Source: an uncultured Actinomycetota bacterium (GTDB lineage: Bacteria > Actinomycetota > UBA4738 > HRBIN12). From it: 64,000 nucleotides of DNA. The position numbers and the translations under genes were made by a program. The notes below the pieces were generated by a model. It ran no database searches. It worked only from the letters and a program-made list of their open reading frames with translations, and had not been told where the DNA came from. Each line of letters opens with the position of its first letter. Positions within the stretch are counted from its first letter, which is position 1. The DNA lies in the NCBI GenBank assembly GCA_963762745.1, contig CAVXMB010000005.1, forward strand, positions 72,283-136,282, written 5' to 3'. Positions 8,375-15,090 of this stretch are shown here, one piece after another.

Positions 8375-9166
8375 GTGCATCGCTGGTGGGTCTTCCTCCA
8401 CATCGCCGGGGTCTTCGGGTTCCTCATGGCGCACGGCGTGTCCATCTACGTGACCCTCAAGCTGCCGAGGGAGCGCGATCCTGGCCGCATCGCACAGCTC
8501 TTGGAGCTCTCGGCGTCCTCGGTCGGCTTCATGTGGAACTCGATCGGTGTGCTGCTGCTCGGCGGGATCGCCGCCGGATTCACCGGGCACTTCTGGGGTC
8601 AGGGATGGATCTGGGCGTCGATCGTCGTCCTGGTCCTCGTCATGGTCGCGATGTACGCGATGGGAACCACGTGGGCCGCTCGGCTGCGGACGATCTCCGG
8701 CGCGATGGCGGAGGGAACCGAGGCGGTCTCCCAGGAGCAGTTCGAGGAGATCGTGCGCTCCAAACGGCCATACACGATCGCGGCCATCGGATTCGCCGGG
8801 TTGCTCCTGATCCTGTGGCTGATGATCTTCAAGCCGACGCTCGGGTTCGGCGGCGTCCCGGAATGTTCGACCGAGGCCGGCGCCGATGTGACCCTGTGCG
8901 CATTCGACGACCAGGCGTTCCTCCCCGACCGCATCGAGGCGCCGGGGGGTGAGCCGTTCACGCTCGCGTTCTCGAACGAGGACGGGGGGGTGCAGCACAA
9001 CGTCGCGATCTACACGGATGCGTCGGCGGTGGAATCGCAGTTCGTCGGCGAGCTGGTGGCCGGACCGACGACGGTCACCTACGGCGTGCCGGCGCTCGAG
9101 CCCGGCGAGTACTACTTCCGCTGCGACGTCCATCCCCAGATGGATGGAACGCTGGAGGCCGCGTAG
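8375..9166 (+). CDS. membrane-anchored cupredoxin (4-TM N-terminal domain + type-1 copper domain)
   Basis: 263 aa. Four hydrophobic helices in aa 1-150, then a soluble domain with the ligand pattern GGVQHNVAIY ... YYFRCDVHPQMDGTLE (His ... Cys-x2-His-x2-Met). Confidence 0.85.
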   Translation: MHRWWVFLHIAGVFGFLMAHGVSIYVTLKLPRERDPGRIAQLLELSASSVGFMWNSIGVLLLGGIAAGFTGHFWGQGWIWASIVVLVLVMVAMYAMGTTWAARLRTISGAMAEGTEAVSQEQFEEIVRSKRPYTIAAIGFAGLLLILWLMIFKPTLGFGGVPECSTEAGADVTLCAFDDQAFLPDRIEAPGGEPFTLAFSNEDGGVQHNVAIYTDASAVESQFVGELVAGPTTVTYGVPALEPGEYYFRCDVHPQMDGTLEAA

Positions 9167-11518
9167 ATGTCCTATCGAACGATCGTCGTGGGCACGGACG
9201 GTTCGCCGACCGCGTCCGTCGCCGTCGAGGTCGCGCAGAAGCTCGCGAAACGCCTCCGGGGCAAGCTGATCCTCGTCGGCGCGCTCGACGCGTACGGCGT
9301 CTCTCGGCAGCCGTTGCAGACGGCCCTTTACGAGGCCGCGGAGGCCGCGCGCGCGAAGAAGGTCGATGCGACCGCGGAGCTGATCGAGGGAACGCCGGGT
9401 GAGTCCATCCTCGCGGCCGCGATCAAGCACGACGCCGATCTGATCGTCGTCGGTAACCGCGGCATGGGGCAGGCGACCCGGTTCCGGCTGGGGAGCGTGC
9501 CCGATTGGATCGCGCACGATGCGCCGTGTGACCTGTTGATCGTGGACACGACCGGTCGCGCCGGCCCGCGGGAACCCGCCCCGCCCTACATGCGGATCCT
9601 GGCGGGCACGGACGGCTCGGGCACGGCGACCGAGGCCGTCCGCAAGTCCTACACGCTCGCGTCGATGTACGCGGGCTCGGTGATCCTCGTGCATGTGGGC
9701 GATCCGCTCGTCGGCGCCATCAGGCTGGAGGAGGTCGCGTCGACGCGGCCCGAGGACGTCGAGGTCGAGAAGCGAACCGTCGAAGGGGATCCCGCCCAAC
9801 GGATCTGCGAGCTCGCCGAGGCGGAGGGCGTGCAGCTGGTCGTGGTCGGGAACAAGGGGATGTCGGGCGTCCGGCGGTTCCTCGGCTCCGTGCCGAACAA
9901 GGTCGCACACGAGGTGCCCTCCGACGTCTTGATCGTGAAGACCGTCGATCGGTCGGCCGAGGACCTCGTGGCCGGCCACGGCGGGCTCGTCGGGGTCGAC
10001 GGCCGGCAGCTCGCGGTCTACCGCGACGAGGACGGGCATACGTACGAGCTCTCCCCCCGGTGCACCCATATGGGCTGCACCGTCGATTGGAACGACGCCG
10101 CGAAGACCTGGGACTGCCCGTGCCACGGATCGCGGTTCTCCTTCGACGGGTCGGTGGTGCGAGGGCCCGCGGCGGAGCCTCTCGAACGCGTGGGAGGAAC
10201 GGCGGCGGGCCTCGGTCCGGGAGAGGTGACCGCCGCCGAGCCGGCATCCGGGTCCGCGTCGTCGCTCGCCGGAAGCGCTGGCTCGGGCGGGGAGCGGGGC
10301 GCGAAGAAGGAGCGATACGTCGTCGTCGGCGCGAGCCTCGCCGGCGCCACGGCCGCCGCGACCCTGCGCGAGGAAGGCTTCGACGGCGACGTCGTCCTGA
10401 TCGGGTCGGAGCCGACGTTTCCGTACGAGCGACCGCCCCTGTCGAAGACGTTCCTCCGCGGCGAGTCGACGATCCAGGAGGCGATGGTCCGGCCAGAGGC
10501 GTTCTATGCCGACAACCGGATCGAAACGCGGTTCGGGACGACGGTGATCGGTGTGGACACGGCGGGGAAGACGCTCACGATCGCCGGTGGCGATCCCGTG
10601 CCCTTCGACAAGCTCCTGATCGCAACGGGTGCCCGGAACCGCCGCTTCCCGATCCCCGGGATCGACCTCGAAGGGGTCCTCGACCTCCGGACACTGGGCG
10701 ACGCGGCCAGGATCCGGGCAGAGATGCTGCCCGGACACCGGGTCGTGATGGCCGGGATGGGGTTCATCGGCTCCGAGGTCGCGGCGTCGCTCCGCCAGCG
10801 TGGTCTCGAGGTCCACGTCGTGGCGGGCGGGAAGGCGCCGCTCGACCGAGTGCTCGGCGAGGACGTGGGACGCGTCATCGAAGGGATCCACCGCGACCAC
10901 GGCGTCGCGATGACGTTCGACGATCAGGTGGCGAGCTTCGAAGGGAACGGCCGCGTCCGGAGCGTGAAGACCGCGAGCGGCGTCAGCGTCCCCTGCGACT
11001 TCGTGGTGCTCGGCCTCGGCGTCGAGCCGGTCGCGGACTTCCTCGAGGGATCGGGGATCGACGTCGACGACGGCATCGTGGTCGACGAGCATTGCCGGGC
11101 GAGCGTCGACGGTGTCTTCGCCGCCGGCGACGTCGCCAACCACTACCACCCGGTCTTCGAGCGCCGGATCCGCACCGAGCACTGGAACAACGCGAAAGCG
11201 CAGGGTCGCGTCGCCGCCCTGAACATGATGGGCCGCGACACGCCGTACGACGAGATCCACTGGTTCTGGTCCGACCAATACGAGCACACGATCCAGTACG
11301 CCGGGTACCACCGGGAGTGGGACGATCTCGTGATCCGCGGAAGCCTGGAATCTCGGAGCTTCGCGGCGTTCTATCTGCTCGGGGGTCGGGTCCAGGCCGT
11401 GGTCTCACTGGACCGTCCCGCCGACGTCCAGGACGCGATGGCCATCATCCGCTCCGGCGGCCGAGCCGACCCCGCGAAGCTCCGCGACGAGGGCGTGGAG
11501 CTCGCCTCATTAGGATGA
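9167..11518 (+). CDS. four-domain fusion: USP - USP - Rieske [2Fe-2S] - FAD/NAD(P)H ferredoxin-reductase-like oxidoreductase
   Basis: 783-aa uninterrupted ORF. USP1: RTIVVGTDGSP...LIVVGNRGMGQATRFRLGSVPDWIAHDAPCDLLIV. USP2: RILAGTDGSG...LVVVGNKGMSGVRRFLGSVPNKVAHEVPSDVLIV. Rieske: CTHMGC...CPCHGSRF. Gly/Ser linker. Reductase: RYVVVGASLAGATAA...PYERPPLSK...VVMAGMGFIGSEVAA...VFAAGDVA...EHWNNA. Confidence 0.9.
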   Translation: MSYRTIVVGTDGSPTASVAVEVAQKLAKRLRGKLILVGALDAYGVSRQPLQTALYEAAEAARAKKVDATAELIEGTPGESILAAAIKHDADLIVVGNRGMGQATRFRLGSVPDWIAHDAPCDLLIVDTTGRAGPREPAPPYMRILAGTDGSGTATEAVRKSYTLASMYAGSVILVHVGDPLVGAIRLEEVASTRPEDVEVEKRTVEGDPAQRICELAEAEGVQLVVVGNKGMSGVRRFLGSVPNKVAHEVPSDVLIVKTVDRSAEDLVAGHGGLVGVDGRQLAVYRDEDGHTYELSPRCTHMGCTVDWNDAAKTWDCPCHGSRFSFDGSVVRGPAAEPLERVGGTAAGLGPGEVTAAEPASGSASSLAGSAGSGGERGAKKERYVVVGASLAGATAAATLREEGFDGDVVLIGSEPTFPYERPPLSKTFLRGESTIQEAMVRPEAFYADNRIETRFGTTVIGVDTAGKTLTIAGGDPVPFDKLLIATGARNRRFPIPGIDLEGVLDLRTLGDAARIRAEMLPGHRVVMAGMGFIGSEVAASLRQRGLEVHVVAGGKAPLDRVLGEDVGRVIEGIHRDHGVAMTFDDQVASFEGNGRVRSVKTASGVSVPCDFVVLGLGVEPVADFLEGSGIDVDDGIVVDEHCRASVDGVFAAGDVANHYHPVFERRIRTEHWNNAKAQGRVAALNMMGRDTPYDEIHWFWSDQYEHTIQYAGYHREWDDLVIRGSLESRSFAAFYLLGGRVQAVVSLDRPADVQDAMAIIRSGGRADPAKLRDEGVELASLG

Positions 11519-11584
11519 GCGAAGGCCGAGGAGACGTGAGGAGCATGACCATCGGACGGAAGCGCGATCTCAGGGAGCGATGAG

Positions 11585-12010
11585 ATGACGAGCGATGTCG
11601 AGGCGCTCCGAAAGGTCCGATTCTTCGAGGAGCTGACCGACGACGATCTCTCGCGCGTCGCGAAGGTCGGGCAGCGACGGACCTACGCGGTCGGCGAGGC
11701 GCTCGTCGAGCGGGACTCCGACCGGGGCGGCCTCTTCGTGATCCTCTCCGGAACCGCCGAGGTCGGGGTCGGCGGCGCCGTCCACGACCTCGGCCCTGGC
11801 GACTTCTTCGGAGAGATGGCGCTGCTCGGCCACACACGCCGGTCGGCGAGCGTCACGGCGAAGGAACCAGTGGAGGCGCTCGTGATCGAGACGATCTACT
11901 TCGATCCGTTCCTCATCCAGAACCCGAGCGTCGCGGTCGCGATCCTCCACGGCGTCGTGGAGCGTCTCCGGGAAGTGCAGGATCGGGTCGACGGCGCCGG
12001 CTCCGGCTAG
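11585..12010 (+). CDS. stand-alone cyclic-nucleotide-binding (CAP/Crp effector-type) domain protein
   Basis: 141 aa: FFEELTDDDLSRVAKVG...GDFFGEMALLGHTRRSASVTA. No HTH or other output domain. Confidence 0.9.
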   Translation: MTSDVEALRKVRFFEELTDDDLSRVAKVGQRRTYAVGEALVERDSDRGGLFVILSGTAEVGVGGAVHDLGPGDFFGEMALLGHTRRSASVTAKEPVEALVIETIYFDPFLIQNPSVAVAILHGVVERLREVQDRVDGAGSG

Positions 12011-14118
12011 CGGCTGCGGTTGTTGAAGAGATCCAGCAGCAGGCCGAACGTCAGTAGCCCGCCGACGATGCCGAAGGTGATCGGCACCCATCCCGGCACC
12101 CGCGCCGACATCGCCGTGAGTCCGCTCGCGAGGATCGCTGCACCCGCCGTGAGTCCCAGCGCGAGTTGGCGCCCGGCCCGGCGCACCGTGGCCTCGAGCG
12201 GCGCCGCCCGGAAGTTGATCTCCATCTTCTGGCCGGGCCGGGCGCCGATCATCCGCTCGATCGCCTCGACCACGCGCATCGCTCGCACCTTGAACTTCTG
12301 CGATCGATAGAAGACGGTCTTCGGGTCGATCCTCGCGCTCATCCCTCGCAGCAGGTTCCGCATCAAGAACTTGCCCGCCACCTCGAAGGGATCGAGCTCG
12401 GGGTCGAGCTGCGCCGTCGCGAGCTGCATCTGCGCGAGCGCCTTGCCGGTGAGCGCGAGCGATGCGGGCAACGGCACACCGAACCGCAGAGAGATCTCCG
12501 TCATCTCCTGGAGGATCGGACCGAGCTGGATGTCCTTCAGGGACGACGTTCGGTACCGCGCCATGAGCGCTCCGATCTCCGACTGGAACTTGTCCACGTC
12601 GAGGTCGCTCCGCTCGATCGCGTTCGCCAGCATCAGCGTCACGTCGGTCAGGAATCCGACGTCCTCCTGGGAGAACGCCATCAGCATGAGCATCAGGTGC
12701 TCCCGCATCTCGGCGCCGACCTCTCCGACCATGCCGAGGTCGAGGAAGTAGAGACGCTCCTCCTGCGGCTGCCACATCAGGTTGCCGGGATGCGGGTCGG
12801 CGTGGAAGAACCCGTCCACCATGATCTGCTTGTAGAAGGACTCGAGCAGCTGGCGTGCCGCCTCGCGCCGCGCCTCGCCGTCGGGCGCCGAGTCGAGTGG
12901 ACCTCCACCCACGTCGTGCATCACCAGCAGTCGCGACGTGGACAGCCCTCGATGCACCGCAGGAACGGCGAGCCTCGGGAAGGGTTCGAGCACCTCGCCG
13001 ATGCGTTGCACGTTCGATGCTTCCTGCCGGAAGTCGAGCTCTCGTTGGAGGGAGTCCGACAGGTGCTGGAAGACCGCCTCCATGTCGATCACGAGCTTCA
13101 GGCTCGGGCGCTTGGAGGCCTTCTCCGCGAACACTTCGAGCAGCGCGAGATCCTGCTCGATCAGCTCGCGGGCGTCCGGTCGCTGGATCTTGATGACCAC
13201 CTTCTCGCCCGTCGCGAGGGACGCTCGGTGGACCTGCGCGATCGTCCCGGCGGCGAGCGGCTGCGGATCCACCGTCTCGAAGACGTCCTCCCACGGCACG
13301 CCGAGCTCCTGCTCCATCACCGAGACGACCTGAGCCTCGGTGAGCGGCGGCACGTTGTCCTGCAGGGTCGCGAGCTCTTCGATGAACTCGGGTGGAAGCA
13401 GGTCCGGCCGCGTCGAAAGGATCTGGCCGAGCTTGCAGAACGTGGGACCGAGTTCCTCGAGCGCGGTGCGGAGCCGCTTGGCTTGGCGCCGCCGGCCGAC
13501 CGCGCCCTCCTCGTCGGGCCGACCGAAGAGCTCCCGCAGGCCGTGCTTCGCGAAGACGACGCCGATCTTCGTGCCGCGCGAGACGAGATGCGGATGGGTC
13601 TCGGTCTCCTCGGTCAGGGACGAGCGGATCGCCGTCGAGGATGCCGGGCTCCGCACGGCGGTCGTTTGGCCGTTCGTCGTGTTCACGATGATCACCGTGC
13701 AGCGAGCGTTGTGGCTGATCCGGTTCGGGACGTTGCCGAGCAGGAACTCCTTGCGGCCCGCCATCCCGGCGTTGCCGACGACGAGCACGTCGACCGCATG
13801 GTCCTCGGACGAACGCACGATCGCCATCGCGGGGTCGTCGTCGATCACGACATGCGCGCGCCCGCGCTCGCCGGCGAGCTGCGTGGTGTACACCTGCAGC
13901 GCGTCGGCCGCGCTGCGCGCCCGGGTCGCCTCGGCGGCCCCGTGTTCCGTGTCGGCCGCGTGTTCGGGGACGATCACCTGGACGACGTGGAGCTCCGCGC
14001 CGAACCGCTCGGCGAACGAGGCCGCCCACTCCACCGCCCTGGCGGCCGTCTCCGACCGATCGGTCCCCACCATCACGCGGGCGACGGGACCCACGGCGTC
14101 TGTCTGGGTGGAAGCCAT
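12007..14118 (-). CDS. USP domain fused to UbiB/ABC1-family atypical kinase with C-terminal TM segments
   Basis: Track ORF 12007-14190; likely start is ATG 14118 (MASTQTD...). USP: RVMVGTDRSETA...VLVVGNAGMAGRKEFLLGNVPNRISHNARCTVIIV. ABC1: ELGPTFCKLGQILSTRPDLLPPEFI...AAGTIAQVHRA...VIKIQRP...FHADPHPGNL...LDLGMVG. Two hydrophobic helices at the C-terminus. Confidence 0.88.
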   Translation of the reverse strand: MASTQTDAVGPVARVMVGTDRSETAARAVEWAASFAERFGAELHVVQVIVPEHAADTEHGAAEATRARSAADALQVYTTQLAGERGRAHVVIDDDPAMAIVRSSEDHAVDVLVVGNAGMAGRKEFLLGNVPNRISHNARCTVIIVNTTNGQTTAVRSPASSTAIRSSLTEETETHPHLVSRGTKIGVVFAKHGLRELFGRPDEEGAVGRRRQAKRLRTALEELGPTFCKLGQILSTRPDLLPPEFIEELATLQDNVPPLTEAQVVSVMEQELGVPWEDVFETVDPQPLAAGTIAQVHRASLATGEKVVIKIQRPDARELIEQDLALLEVFAEKASKRPSLKLVIDMEAVFQHLSDSLQRELDFRQEASNVQRIGEVLEPFPRLAVPAVHRGLSTSRLLVMHDVGGGPLDSAPDGEARREAARQLLESFYKQIMVDGFFHADPHPGNLMWQPQEERLYFLDLGMVGEVGAEMREHLMLMLMAFSQEDVGFLTDVTLMLANAIERSDLDVDKFQSEIGALMARYRTSSLKDIQLGPILQEMTEISLRFGVPLPASLALTGKALAQMQLATAQLDPELDPFEVAGKFLMRNLLRGMSARIDPKTVFYRSQKFKVRAMRVVEAIERMIGARPGQKMEINFRAAPLEATVRRAGRQLALGLTAGAAILASGLTAMSARVPGWVPITFGIVGGLLTFGLLLDLFNNRSR

Positions 14119-14233
14119 TCGCGCATCATGGCGCCTGGAGTGGTGCACAGCCAATGGTGAGAACCCGCTGACCGTGGGTGATGCCACCACTCATACCGGC
14201 CGCGACCAGGGGCGTTGGTATCCTGCCTCGTCC

Positions 14234-14306
14234 GCCGGAGTAGCTCAGTGGCAGAGCAACCGCCTCGTAAGTGGTAGGTCATGGGTTCGAATCCCATCTC
14301 CGGCTC
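14234..14306 (+). tRNA. tRNA-Thr (anticodon CGT)
   Basis: Cloverleaf read by eye: acceptor GCCGGAG/CTCCGGC, D arm GCTC-AGTGGCA-GAGC, anticodon stem ACCGC/GTGGT with loop CTCGTAA, T arm ATGGG-TTCGAAT-CCCAT. Confidence 0.9.
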
Positions 14307-14357
14307 TTGCCGTTAGGAGTTGCCGAAGGAGTGAGCAGGTTGCGAGAATCGCGGCGG

Positions 14358-15064
14358 ATGAGGGCCCTCCGCGCGATCCCGCTTGCCGCAGCCCTCGTGA
14401 TGGTCCTCCCGGCGGGTGCCGCCGTCGCCCAGGTGTCCGTGGACCCCTCCGTCACGCCCGAGCTGAACACGGGTGGCTGGGTCCACGGCATGGCGATCCT
14501 GTTCGGTGCGCTCGGCCTCATCGTCATCTTGTTGCTGGTGGCCGGGTACGTGCGTTTCGCGCCGCGCTTCTCCACCGACGAGTCGACGCTCAAGGTCGTT
14601 CGTGCCGACCGGGTTCGTCCCGGGGAAGAACTCCCTCGTCGCACGGTCGACATCAAGGCTGCGGCTCCGATGGTCGTGGCACCCCCGCCACTGCCGCAGC
14701 CGACGGGTGTCGCGGCGGCTGCGCCGGCACCGGCAGCCGCTGCGCCGGCACCGGCAGCCGCTCGCAGCCGCTCCAGCCCGGCAGCGCAGCTCCCGCCACC
14801 CCAGCTCCTGCCGCCCCCGCGCCGGCCGAGTCCGGCGCAGAAGCGCCCGCCGAAGCGGACGCCGCGACCGAGGCTCCCGAAGCACCTGCCGCGGCTCCGG
14901 CGCCCGCCCCCGCCGAGCGGCACGAGGTCTCGCTCGACCAGGAGGTCTTCGACCAGACCCTGAAAGAGCTCCTCGAGAAGGGAACCGACAAGCGCGTGGC
15001 CGAGGGACAGGCTCGTCGGGCGGCGATGATCGCAGCGCGCAAGAAGGCGGCCGGCGAGGCCTAG
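14358..15064 (+). pseudogene. signal peptide + TM protein with Ala/Pro-rich linker and charged C-terminal helix; frame change after a 21-bp tandem repeat
   Basis: Frame 0 from ATG 14358: MRALRAIPLAAALVMVLPAGAAVA...GMAILFGALGLIVILLLVAGY...AAAAPAPAAAAPAPAAA, then Arg/Pro-rich junk. Frame 2 from ~14763: ...AAPATPAPAAPAPAESGAEAPAE...AERHEVSLDQEVFDQTLKELLEKGTDKRVAEGQARRAAMIAARKKAAGEA, stop 15064, with high GC3 and no internal start codon. Confidence 0.6.
14721..14762 (+). repeat. perfect 21-bp tandem duplication (GCGCCGGCACCGGCAGCCGCT x2) inside the Ala/Pro-rich coding region
   Basis: Read directly from the sequence. The next unit begins CGCAGCCGCT, one G short of the GCCGCTGCGC pattern, exactly where the reading frame changes. 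Confidence 0.85.
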
Positions 15065-15090
15065 CTTCGAGAACCGCGTAGCCTGTCGGC

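Noticed and set aside
8351-11311. 986-aa minus-strand ORF, the longest in the track
   Set aside because: It is exactly antisense to the cupredoxin and USP-Rieske-reductase genes. Composition is dominated by R/D/G/P/H with no recognisable motif. This is the typical shadow ORF of a very GC-rich coding strand, and the plus-strand genes have clear domain signatures.
4622-12010. Pycsar/CBASS-like anti-phage system (cyclase plus cNMP-binding effector)
   Set aside because: The cNMP-binding protein has no TM, TIR, nuclease or other killing domain, and it lies 6 kb from the cyclase. The cyclase has canonical adenylate-cyclase specificity residues and sits inside a two-component operon. The second cyclase-like gene is followed by a beta-propeller, not a cNMP effector. 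Nothing else defence-like (nucleases, ATPases, methylases) is nearby.
11570-14160. Overlapping long ORFs 11570-14029 (-, 819 aa) and 12166-14160 (+, 664 aa)
   Set aside because: Both are alternative frames or antisense of the USP-UbiB gene (12007-14118) and the cNMP gene. They are Arg/Gly/Asp-rich with no motifs. Only the 12007-14190 frame shows USP and ABC1 signatures.
1-14306. tRNA-associated mobile genomic island
   Set aside because: The block lies on the 5' side of tRNA-Thr. I saw no integrase, transposase, conjugation or phage gene and no direct repeat of the tRNA 3' end. Codon usage looks the same as in the core genes. I treat it as a lineage-specific chromosomal block rather than a mobile element.
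14271-14357. Upstream start of ORF 14271-14963
   Set aside because: It would begin inside tRNA-Thr. The Met at 14358 gives a canonical signal peptide.
14690-14900. Possible CRISPR-like or satellite repeat in the GC-rich CCGGCA/GCCGC-repetitive stretch
   Set aside because: There are only two exact 21-bp units with no spacers. The rest is low-complexity Ala/Pro codon repetition inside a coding region. No cas genes are present anywhere in the window.
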